Below, one piece after another: positions 19,010-27,223 of a stretch of 64,000 bases of DNA; position 1 is the first letter of the stretch, and every line of letters begins with the position of its first letter. A program made the position numbers and the translations under genes. The notes beneath the pieces were generated by a model that was given only the letters and a program-made list of their open reading frames with translations, ran no database searches and was not told the origin of the DNA. The DNA comes from Candidatus Thorarchaeota archaeon (GTDB taxonomy: Archaea > Asgardarchaeota > Thorarchaeia > Thorarchaeales > Thorarchaeaceae). The DNA lies in the NCBI GenBank assembly GCA_029858305.1, contig JAOUFI010000002.1:21778-85777 (forward strand). Reading direction: 5' to 3'.

Positions 19010-20077
19010 ATGTCTATTATAGTATCGGTAAAAGCTGAACACATACTTACGCACCTTGCTGGTGATGATTTTGTTACCGCGTATGGCAAAGAGCCTACAA
19101 TGAGACATCATGTGATTGTGAAGATAGCATCTGAGAGTGGAGAAATCGGATTCGGAGAAGCATGCCCGCTCCCCTTTACAAAAGATGATGACCCCGTTCG
19201 AATAAAAAGCGAGATTGATGACCAACTGGCTTTGTATCTCATTGGGAAGGATGCACTTAATCAAGAAGTCTACCGCGACTTGACTGAAATATTTCCAAAT
19301 GTCAGCGGAACTGCAAGAACAGGAGTCGATCTTGCGCTGTATGATTTGGCAGGAAAAATACAATGTGTACCAGCGTACCAACTCCTTGGAGGATTATATC
19401 GGGATCATGTTGAGGTCGCCGAGGCGATTGGAATAGGTTCCCCAGAATCAGTTGCCAATGAAGCCATAAAACAGGTAAGTCTAGGAATAAAAACAGTCAA
19501 GGTAAAAGTTGGATTGGATGTTGAACGAGATATCAAAATGTTGAGTCTTTTGAGGGATACTGTGGGAGATACCATGAAGATTCGAGCAGATGCCAACACC
19601 GGATATTCATTTCAGCAAGCCGTCAGAGTGCTTAGAGAGGCAGAAAAAATTGGAATTGAGTATATGGAGCAGCCTCTAGCTGTTGATGATTATAATGGAC
19701 TCCGCCAACTGAGGAAATCGAGCAACGTTCCCATAATGGTTGACGAGTCCTTGTATACATTTGAAGATGCAAATAAACTAGTTCAAAACAAAGCAGCAGA
19801 CATGTTCGGATTGAAGCTGATGAAGCATGGTGGAATTTACCAGTCGAAACGAATTTCTATGCTTGCTGAAGAGAATGGTATTGAATGCGTTTTCATTAGT
19901 CCCTGGGAAACTCAAATTGGAATAGCAGCTGCAGTACATTTGATTTTATCAGGTGCAAATTTTAATCTCGCTCATGAGATTGGTCCAGGAGCCTTAAAGG
20001 ATGATCCATTCAAAGGGCTTGTGTATAGTAGAGGTAGATATCTTCCTACACACAACCCCGGATTCGGAATAGAATAG
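19010..20077 (+). CDS. Enolase-superfamily enzyme, muconate-lactonizing subgroup (dipeptide epimerase / N-acylamino-acid racemase-like)
   Basis: KxK is seen in TVKVKVG. Metal ligands sit in IRADANTGY, IEYMEQPL and IMVDESL. A second catalytic Lys is seen in FGLKLMKHGG. Confidence 0.8.
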   Translation: MSIIVSVKAEHILTHLAGDDFVTAYGKEPTMRHHVIVKIASESGEIGFGEACPLPFTKDDDPVRIKSEIDDQLALYLIGKDALNQEVYRDLTEIFPNVSGTARTGVDLALYDLAGKIQCVPAYQLLGGLYRDHVEVAEAIGIGSPESVANEAIKQVSLGIKTVKVKVGLDVERDIKMLSLLRDTVGDTMKIRADANTGYSFQQAVRVLREAEKIGIEYMEQPLAVDDYNGLRQLRKSSNVPIMVDESLYTFEDANKLVQNKAADMFGLKLMKHGGIYQSKRISMLAEENGIECVFISPWETQIGIAAAVHLILSGANFNLAHEIGPGALKDDPFKGLVYSRGRYLPTHNPGFGIE

Positions 20078-20226
20078 CGACAGAAAAGATGGTGGGTGAT
20101 GCGAGATTTGTTCTGTGAGAATTCCCTATTTGTTTGAACGCGCAATCTCATAGAAAAGCCGGTAGACGGATGAGTTTAGTTAATCATCATGTATACTATT
20201 TGTATACAAAAAGCATACAAAAGACC

Positions 20227-20234
20227 TATATAAA
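20227..20234 (+). promoter_or_regulatory. Possible archaeal TATA box (TATATAAA) upstream of the serine hydrolase gene
   Basis: An A-rich upstream flank (BRE-like AAAAGA) sits about 47 nt before the TTG at 20281. This is a sequence-pattern call only. Confidence 0.25.
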
Positions 20235-20280
20235 GGCCTCCTGCTCATATTACTTAAAATCCATGGTAGCATAGATAAAA

Positions 20281-21483
20281 TTGACAGAAGGTAATGTGAT
20301 TTCAGGTTACACCAAACCTGGCTTTGAATCTGTGCAAGAGGCATTTATTGAGAACTTTGAGCTCCGTAATGAACTGGGCGCCGCTTGTTGCATCTACTAC
20401 CAAGGAGAAAAGGTAGTCGACTTGTGGGGTGGTATCAGGAATGAAGCCACTGGAGAGCCTTGGGAAGAAGATACAATGGTGCTTGTGTGGTCGACAACGA
20501 AGGGATTATCAGCTCTTACAATGGCACTTGCTCATTCGCAGGGATTATTTGACTACGATGAGCCTGTTTCTAAGTATTGGCCTGAATTTGCTCAACAGGG
20601 CAAGGAGAAAATTACAATCCGGCAGTTGTTTGCACACCAGGCTGGACTTGTTGCATTTGATGAACTCGGCGACAAGGAAGTCATTGCGAATATGGACCGC
20701 CTAGCAACGATCCTAGCCAGACAGAAACCAGCATGGAAGCCAGGAACACGACATGGATACCATGCTCTGACTCTAGGTTTCTACCAGAGCGAACTTTTAC
20801 GCCGTGTTGATCCCAAAGGTCGTAGTCTAGGGAAATTTTTCCAGGATGAAATCGCCACTCCACTAGGCCTTGACTTCTACATTCGACTTCCTGAAGATAT
20901 TCCAAATACTAGACTTGCTACTCTAAGGGCACCCAAATTCGGTATTTCAGCCATGCGCACTGCGCCAGTCAGGTTTATTCTTGCAGCAATTAATCCACGA
21001 TCAATGGCCCGTCGTTCGTTAGTGGGAACTGAGTTTTGTCTGGATGAAGATCGTATCTATACCCGAAATTATGAAGTTCCTTCAGGAGGAGGAGTAGGAA
21101 CAGCTCGTGCAATAGCTCATGCATACGGTGTCTTCGCAGCAGGCGGAAAGGAGCTCGGGCTGCGAGAGGAAACGCTTCAGGAACTAAAGGCCCCACCTGT
21201 AGCTCCACTGCATGGATTTCGAGATGTGGCCTTAAAGACAAATACATGCTACTCGCTTGGTTTTTCAAGATCCCTTCCGAAGGATCCATTCCGTCCCGCC
21301 AGCGCGTATGGGATGCCAGGGACAGGAGGTTCATTTGGATTTGCAGACCCACAATATGAGATAGGATATGGATATGTCCTCAACGGATTTGGTACATCGT
21401 TTCCAACGGATCCAAGAAGCAACGCTCTGTGTGCAGCAATGTATCGCTCAATTGGGGTAACAGATCTGTACTCGGATTTGTGA
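20281..21483 (+). CDS. Beta-lactamase-fold serine hydrolase (family VIII esterase / class C-like)
   Basis: The SxxK nucleophile motif is seen in VWSTTKGLSAL. GYHALT provides a Tyr motif. There is a C-terminal PGTGGSFGFADP. The start is uncertain: TTG 20281, or GTG 20296 preceded by GAAGG. Confidence 0.8.
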   Translation: MTEGNVISGYTKPGFESVQEAFIENFELRNELGAACCIYYQGEKVVDLWGGIRNEATGEPWEEDTMVLVWSTTKGLSALTMALAHSQGLFDYDEPVSKYWPEFAQQGKEKITIRQLFAHQAGLVAFDELGDKEVIANMDRLATILARQKPAWKPGTRHGYHALTLGFYQSELLRRVDPKGRSLGKFFQDEIATPLGLDFYIRLPEDIPNTRLATLRAPKFGISAMRTAPVRFILAAINPRSMARRSLVGTEFCLDEDRIYTRNYEVPSGGGVGTARAIAHAYGVFAAGGKELGLREETLQELKAPPVAPLHGFRDVALKTNTCYSLGFSRSLPKDPFRPASAYGMPGTGGSFGFADPQYEIGYGYVLNGFGTSFPTDPRSNALCAAMYRSIGVTDLYSDL

Positions 21484-21517
21484 CAGGAACCATGCGCTAG
21501 CAACCGGTCGGATTAAG

Positions 21518-22180
21518 ATGGTAGAAACAACGAAGAGATTGCGAAAGCTCTCATTCATCTGTGGGATTCTCTCTTCGCTTCTGTATTTCTGTGCTGATAT
21601 ACTCGGAGGCATGATTTGGGGTAACTATGATTTTACAACTCAATATATTAGTGAGCTAAGTGCCATCGATGCTTCTTCAAGATCATTCGTTGTTTCGTTG
21701 TATATCTTGTATAATATTATTGTAATCCCATTTGCATTAGGAGTATTGAGATTTGCTGGCAGAAAACGAGTTCTGCGCATAACTGGAGGTATGCTTATTG
21801 GATACATAGCCACTGGCTTGGCAGGATTATTCTTCCCAATGGATCCCAGTGGGACCGCAACAACCTTTACCAACATTATGCACCAGATTTTCGCTGGTGT
21901 GATTGTTTTCTTCATTTTGCTATCACTAGGGTTTGGAGCTGCTGCATTCGCAACGTGGTTCCGCTACTATTCGATTGGAATTATTCTAGTATACCTCGTA
22001 CTGGGGGCTTTGCCCTTCTTGAGTGTTGTCCAATTTGAAGCTGGTCAGCCAATACCCTGGGTCGGGCTTGTGGAACGCATGATGGTCTATGGCTATGTGC
22101 TATGGGTGTCAGTACTATCCCTTGTCCTCATGCGTATGGTAAGGGACGAAACTCAATTGACAGCAGCAATATCCAATTAA
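21518..22180 (+). CDS. Polytopic membrane protein (possibly DUF998-like)
   Basis: About 6 hydrophobic spans. ISELSAIDASSR follows TM1. It starts 35 nt after the hydrolase gene. Confidence 0.6.
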   Translation: MVETTKRLRKLSFICGILSSLLYFCADILGGMIWGNYDFTTQYISELSAIDASSRSFVVSLYILYNIIVIPFALGVLRFAGRKRVLRITGGMLIGYIATGLAGLFFPMDPSGTATTFTNIMHQIFAGVIVFFILLSLGFGAAAFATWFRYYSIGIILVYLVLGALPFLSVVQFEAGQPIPWVGLVERMMVYGYVLWVSVLSLVLMRMVRDETQLTAAISN

Positions 22181-22326
22181 TCGGTCAATGCAATCTGTAG
22201 CAGAAGGGAATTATCGCAGCGTAGATGTGCATCTTTATTTAGATGCAAAATTCGAATCGGTTGGAAGACAATCGACATTCGCGTGTGTGTCGATTGAGGA
22301 GAAAACTTTCTAGCCGGTGAAAAAGT

Positions 22327-23430
22327 ATGAAGAATTTTAGAGTTGTCTTCTTGACTTCGCTATTAGTCACACTCCTTTTGAATGGAATTATTGGAAGTGT
22401 TGCGAGTACTACATTAAATCAAAGCGTAGAACTCAAAGAAATAGGACAATTGGATACCAATGGGTGGGCTGCTAATGTACAGGTGCAAGATAATATTGCA
22501 TATGTTTCTGATACAATAACTGGCCTGCACATCATCAATATTTCTAATCCTCAAAATCCAACTGAGTTAGGGCAGTATAATGAGGATGTCGCCGAGCTTC
22601 ATGAAATGCTAGTTGATGGAAACCTAGTGTATCTCGCAGATTACACTTATGGTTTCAAAATCCTCAATATTTCTGATCCCAAGAATCCTACACTTGAGAG
22701 TTATTTCCACGATGGGGGAGAAGTTGGTAGATTCGAGATTGCTGGAAACCTCGTCTTCATAGTTGATTTTGTTTCGGGACTGGAAATTATCAACATCAGT
22801 GATCTTACGAATCTTACAGAACTTGTTCAGTACAATACAGACATCAATTACATGTACAATATTGAAATAAACAATGATTTGGCTTATGTTTCAAATTTCA
22901 TTTCTAGCACTGAATCAAAAATTAAAATCCTAAATATTTCGGATATATACTCTATTGATGAAATAGCAGAGTACACAATTGCTGGCGAACCTTTTACAAT
23001 CGAATTCACTGGAGATATTGCCTATTCAGTGTGTTCGTTTGGTGGTGTAAAAATTTTCAACATTAGCAATCCACTTTCTTTGCACGAATTGGGTAGTTAT
23101 GATGATGGTGGAAATGCTGTTGCAATAGATTTCTATGAAGGATATGCGATTATCGCTGATCGTGATGATGGGGTGGAAGTTCTTGATGTTTCTACTCCTA
23201 CCGCACCAATTGAAATTGCTGGTTATCTCGATGGAGGAAGTGCGGCAGGAGTTCATGTCGTTGGCAACCTGATATATGTGGCTGATGGAGAAAATGGTCT
23301 TGAAATCCTTCAAATCGAAATCAACACAACAGGTACAACTACACCAGACATAACAAGCATCCTCTTAATTGTGAGTGCAGCGGGAATCATTGTGATTATT
23401 GTAGTAGTAGTGAAAAGGAGAGAGAGTTGA
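22327..23430 (+). CDS. Secreted, membrane-anchored LVIVD-repeat beta-propeller protein
   Basis: It has an N-terminal signal/TM and a C-terminal TM followed by KRRES. There are about 7 repeats of the pattern AYVSDTITGLHIINISNPQNPTELGQY / VYLADYTYGFKILNISDPKNP / AIIADRDDGVEVLDVSTPTAP. Confidence 0.75.
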   Translation: MKNFRVVFLTSLLVTLLLNGIIGSVASTTLNQSVELKEIGQLDTNGWAANVQVQDNIAYVSDTITGLHIINISNPQNPTELGQYNEDVAELHEMLVDGNLVYLADYTYGFKILNISDPKNPTLESYFHDGGEVGRFEIAGNLVFIVDFVSGLEIINISDLTNLTELVQYNTDINYMYNIEINNDLAYVSNFISSTESKIKILNISDIYSIDEIAEYTIAGEPFTIEFTGDIAYSVCSFGGVKIFNISNPLSLHELGSYDDGGNAVAIDFYEGYAIIADRDDGVEVLDVSTPTAPIEIAGYLDGGSAAGVHVVGNLIYVADGENGLEILQIEINTTGTTTPDITSILLIVSAAGIIVIIVVVVKRRES

Positions 23431-23625
23431 AATCAAAGAAGGGTGAATAATAAGGTCTGAAGAGCTGATGCCACAAGTCACCTCCGAAGATACATAAGAT
23501 GTGGAATTTCCCGCAGGAATGAATCGACATCAGCCAGATACTCGATATTCACATGCAAATAAGCAATTGTAATGGCTTTTTTTGTGTGTCTGATTTCTAG
23601 TCATAAAACAAGAATGATGATAATT

Positions 23626-23652
23626 TGGTGGACCGGGCGAGATTTGAACTCG
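23626..23652 (-). repeat. Orphan copy of the last 27 nt of tRNA-Ala (3' T-arm, acceptor 3' strand and CCA)
   Basis: Identical over 27 nt to 24211..24237. The flanking bases differ on both sides. No cloverleaf can be built from the adjacent sequence. Confidence 0.8.
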
Positions 23653-23731
23653 AGATATTCTCTACGCAATTTGATTGAACCAAAACCAAAAAAGACTATT
23701 TTCACAATATATCAATTGGAGAGTTCATTAG

Positions 23732-24199
23732 TTGAAGAGGTGCATATATCGAGAATATGGAAATCTACTGATAACCATTGGTTTGGCACTATTTCTAACC
23801 TACATTATCATCGTTTCCTATTGGCTCAGAGATCCAATTACATTTTCAAGACCCTCGTATACTAATGATCCTCGTACATTTGTCATTCGTAGTTTCTTTC
23901 CACTTGGTCTCACCTTTACTTGCGGTGGAGTAGTCATTCGGACAATGTACAGAGAGGGAATTCTATTTCTGACCAGAGCTGATGAACCCATACATTCTGG
24001 TAAACCTTGGTACAAAGGATCTGAATCAGGATTGTTCATAACCTCTTGCGGGCTTGTCGTTTCTACAAATGAAATGTCAAATGCTACAGCTCATGCAGGA
24101 TATAGGATTGTTTCGGTGAAATGTGCTACCCATGGGGATTGTGTTGTCAAAGAGGGAAAAGATGTATTGGATAGTGCTTCCACTCACAGATCCTGGTAA
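23732..24199 (+). CDS. Hypothetical protein with one N-terminal TM, inside the segment bracketed by the tRNA-derived repeat
   Basis: Track ORF only, with a TTG start. No recognisable motifs. Confidence 0.25.
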   Translation: MKRCIYREYGNLLITIGLALFLTYIIIVSYWLRDPITFSRPSYTNDPRTFVIRSFFPLGLTFTCGGVVIRTMYREGILFLTRADEPIHSGKPWYKGSESGLFITSCGLVVSTNEMSNATAHAGYRIVSVKCATHGDCVVKEGKDVLDSASTHRSW

Positions 24200-24210
24200 A
24201 ATGAAGAAAA

Positions 24211-24287
24211 TGGTGGACCGGGCGAGATTTGAACTCGCGGCCTCATGGATGCAAACCATGCGATCTGCCGGGCTAATCTACCGGCCC
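24211..24287 (-). tRNA. tRNA-Ala (anticodon UGC), CCA encoded
   Basis: Folded by hand: acceptor GGGCCGG/CCGGTCC including the Ala identity pair G3:U70; anticodon stem CATGG/CCATG with loop TTTGCAT; T arm GCGAG-TTCAAAT-CTCGC; then discriminator A and CCA. Confidence 0.95.
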
Positions 24288-24318
24288 ACTGATAATGAGG
24301 AGTCAATTATTGAGTGTT

Positions 24319-24933
24319 TTAACCCTTACGCTCTGATATGTCCTCACGCAGGGTGTCGAGCCATAAGGGGGCTCCCTTCAGCAGAGATGCTTGTTCAGGG
24401 GTGAGCTCCTCATACTTGACCAGAGTCATGTCATCGGGCAGGATTCCACTGACTCCAGCAGGATCCTCCATCACTAGTGTGAAGGGTAGCTCACCGCGAA
24501 GTGCAGCTTTCATCTCTTCGAGTATCTCGGATGCGCGCATTCGCTCTTCTTCAAGTTCAGCGAATCCGCCCGCAGTTTCAACCACAGCACGCACTCTGAA
24601 TAAAAGACCTTCAACATTGGAAATAAAAGCATCAGCCGCAGGACCAGGTTCTACATCGATTCCCCACTCAAGAAAACGATAGGTACAGGAGCTAGAGCGA
24701 ACTACTCTTACATTTAGAAGTGATACATCGTCGACATATAATGTGAATCGCGAAGGGTTTCTCTGCTCAGCTGAAAACACATCATTATGACTAAATCCGC
24801 AAGCAGGACAATGGACCATAAACATAGCAAGCTCATTGAAGAAGGGAACGCTATAGAGCATAGAACGCACTTCAAGCTCACCCATATCACATACTGGACA
24901 TTTGGATGTATTCTCATTTTCCGATGACATCAT
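24319..24933 (-). CDS. ZPR1-type zinc-finger protein (single ZPR1 module, archaeal type)
   Basis: CPVCDMGELEVRSMLYSVPFFNELAMFMVHCPACGFSHNDVF gives the CxxC-x25-CxxC ZPR1 ribbon. A beta-rich A-domain-like region follows. Confidence 0.8.
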   Translation of the reverse strand: MMSSENENTSKCPVCDMGELEVRSMLYSVPFFNELAMFMVHCPACGFSHNDVFSAEQRNPSRFTLYVDDVSLLNVRVVRSSSCTYRFLEWGIDVEPGPAADAFISNVEGLLFRVRAVVETAGGFAELEEERMRASEILEEMKAALRGELPFTLVMEDPAGVSGILPDDMTLVKYEELTPEQASLLKGAPLWLDTLREDISERKG

Positions 24934-25133
24934 GACCCGAAAAACCTGAAACTGGTTGTCCTATAAGCCTGACCATCTAGCAGTATAAACCTAAGATAGA
25001 TACTTTGGGATATATCACTATAATACTCAAAAGCAAGCAGGAACTAGTTATGGCAGTGCACGCCCGCACAACGTGATAGTCTATAAGAGATGTCAGACTA
25101 GAAGAGAATAGGCAAAGAGAGAGGAATCACCCA

Positions 25134-26333
25134 ATGGAAATAAACAGTATCTACATCATCAAACGCGATACTGGGGTGTGTATGTATCATAAGGATTTCA
25201 CAGGTTCAGGATTTGACCCCCAACTCCTCTCTTCGTTCCTTGTAGCAATGACATCATTCTTTGACGAGGCTACGCGTTCGCTCAAGTCCCAAGCACGTGC
25301 ATTCGAGGGCATAGATTATACGATTGTCGTTGAGTTTGGAGACTGGACGCTAGGTGCGGTTTCAACTACAATTGATAATCAGCATGTTAGGAATAAACTC
25401 AAACGAACTGTAAGAAAATTTGAAGAACAATTTGCTGTTTTGAAGTGGGTTGAGCTTGACCTTGCTGTCCATACCCGATTCGAACAGACCGTCATGAATG
25501 AGTTTGTTCGGGAAAATATCTTGCCAGAAACACTGATTGCCGTGCGACCTGAGTGGGAGCATCTCACAAGGCGACCGGATGTTATTTCATTTCTCAGACT
25601 TATTCCCGATATCTGTTCTATCCAAGATGCCTCATCCTTTTTGGAAGTCCCCGTTGAAATAGCAATGAATCTTGCAGCAGAAGCCCTCTGGGAAGGCGTC
25701 ATAATAGTCACAAATCCTGTAAAGCCAGATGATATCTATCAGAGTACATCACTTACTCCTACTGAAGGAGCATTAGATCATCTCTCACCAGAGGCAGCAA
25801 GAACTCTCTCAGAACTAGATGGGGAAACCCCGTTATCAATTGCAGCCGAGAGAATGAGAACTGAAGATTTGAAACGCTTTCTTGAGGACGTGGCATGGCT
25901 TAAGGAACGTAAAATGGTTGAGCTTGTTTCGCCATCACAGGCAGTAGTTGTGCGTTATTCTTCTGCGCTTCAAATTCTATTAAAAAGACTTGCAGATATT
26001 GTGGGATTCGTTCCAATTAGGAAAATTTTCTTAAAAGCTCGTGAAGAGTTGGTAGTTCATTATCCTTGGCTTAAATTTGTGACACTTGAGGAAGGTGTGG
26101 ACATTGATATGAGAAGTTCGCTTCTTTCTGCAACCTTAAGAGGATCAATTTCTCCTGATGCAATAGATGATGGTTTTCGAGTTTTCATTCAATTCATCAC
26201 GAGGATGGTAAAGGATCTTCTAGGTGCAAAACCAGTAAACAAGATTCTCTTTAATACCAAAAATGAAATTGAACAAAAATTTCCAAGTACAGTTTTCCAC
26301 ATTGAGTGGGAATCCTTCCTTGTCAGAGGTTGA
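25134..26333 (+). CDS. Hypothetical protein; the N-terminal ~110 aa resemble a longin/roadblock-like alpha-beta domain
   Basis: SIYIIKRDTGVCMYHKDF...DPQLLSSFLVAMTSFFDEA...IDYTIVVEFGDWTLGAVS...VRNKLKRTVRKFEEQF follows a beta-beta-alpha-beta-beta-alpha pattern. The rest has no recognised motifs. Confidence 0.6.
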   Translation: MEINSIYIIKRDTGVCMYHKDFTGSGFDPQLLSSFLVAMTSFFDEATRSLKSQARAFEGIDYTIVVEFGDWTLGAVSTTIDNQHVRNKLKRTVRKFEEQFAVLKWVELDLAVHTRFEQTVMNEFVRENILPETLIAVRPEWEHLTRRPDVISFLRLIPDICSIQDASSFLEVPVEIAMNLAAEALWEGVIIVTNPVKPDDIYQSTSLTPTEGALDHLSPEAARTLSELDGETPLSIAAERMRTEDLKRFLEDVAWLKERKMVELVSPSQAVVVRYSSALQILLKRLADIVGFVPIRKIFLKAREELVVHYPWLKFVTLEEGVDIDMRSSLLSATLRGSISPDAIDDGFRVFIQFITRMVKDLLGAKPVNKILFNTKNEIEQKFPSTVFHIEWESFLVRG

Positions 26334-26383
26334 TTTTAGGTAAATATCCATTCCTCATACCATCAGCACAATATACAAATCCC

Positions 26384-27208
26384 ATGAAATACGGATGTCG
26401 TAGTAGCTATGTGAGGAGTAGGAAACACGTGCAACAAACAAGATGGTCTGACACAGTTCCAATCTTTATCTTGGGACTAGGCATACTTCTTGTCTTTTTG
26501 TTCCTTCCATTAGCAGGCTTTGATAATGCTCTATCTATCGTTTCTTTGATATTGACGCCCTTGATTGCCTTCATGCTAGGTATTTTTGGTCTACGGATAT
26601 TTGGTCGAGGTTCAGAGGAGAGAGAAGATCAGATTCAAACTCTATACCTCTGGCTATCAATCGGTCTACTAATGTTATCTCTCTCAGAGCTAGCAACAAG
26701 TATAGTCAAGACTATTCAAAGTCCACTACCAATTGAAGTAACTGTTGGGCTTGTTCAGATGCCTGGATTACTTCTGTGGGGATTTGGAATATTGCAGTAT
26801 CTTCGCTCAGTAAATTCAGCTCTCGAATTATTAAATAGTGATAGACTCTGGAGTGTCCTGCTAATTGGAACTACACTTGCTACGCTATTTCTCGTTGTGA
26901 TAAACGCAGTCTACAATCCATTGATTGGAAGTATTGAGAGCATAGTGATGTCGCCACTCGTTATCGGATTGGTGCTTTTTACATCTGTTACTCTCGGACT
27001 TGTCTGGATTTTTAGGCAAGGTGAATTTGCCAAATCTTTGGTTCTAATCTTCATTGGTTTCTTCATATACCTCATTCGCACAGCTCAATGGGCGTTGGCA
27101 ACGTCAATATTGGGCAATCCATCGAATAGTTTGTTTGCTCTTGAAGCGTTCATGTTCTTTGGAGCTGCATTTATTCTAGCACGAAATCTTGGTAATCCCA
27201 GCCAGTGA
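26384..27208 (+). CDS. Polytopic membrane protein (about 8 TM), unknown function
   Basis: Hydrophobic spans run throughout. ATG 26384 is preferred over the track start 26306, which overlaps the upstream gene. Confidence 0.6.
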   Translation: MKYGCRSSYVRSRKHVQQTRWSDTVPIFILGLGILLVFLFLPLAGFDNALSIVSLILTPLIAFMLGIFGLRIFGRGSEEREDQIQTLYLWLSIGLLMLSLSELATSIVKTIQSPLPIEVTVGLVQMPGLLLWGFGILQYLRSVNSALELLNSDRLWSVLLIGTTLATLFLVVINAVYNPLIGSIESIVMSPLVIGLVLFTSVTLGLVWIFRQGEFAKSLVLIFIGFFIYLIRTAQWALATSILGNPSNSLFALEAFMFFGAAFILARNLGNPSQ

Positions 27209-27223
27209 GTATGAATGTACATC

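Noticed and set aside
18830-19381. A 183-aa minus-strand ORF in the hppA-epimerase gap.
   Set aside because: Its 5' part overlaps the well-supported enolase-superfamily gene on the opposite strand. It is Cys/Ser/Ile-rich with no motif or Shine-Dalgarno sequence, so it is probably spurious.
23626-23700. A possible second tRNA gene or split-tRNA half.
   Set aside because: Only the 27 nt identical to the tRNA-Ala 3' end are tRNA-like. The adjacent sequence cannot form D or anticodon arms or a full T stem, and no leader or bulge-helix-bulge context was seen.
22327-24318. A search for an integrase, transposase or phage genes around the tRNA-Ala repeat.
   Set aside because: No tyrosine or serine recombinase motifs or DDE signatures appear in any frame of the track or in my reading. 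Only the att-like repeat is reported.
26306-26383. The track start of the membrane protein overlapping the 3' end of the 25134 gene.
   Set aside because: The extension is non-hydrophobic and overlaps the upstream CDS by 28 nt. The in-frame ATG at 26384 gives a conventional N terminus.
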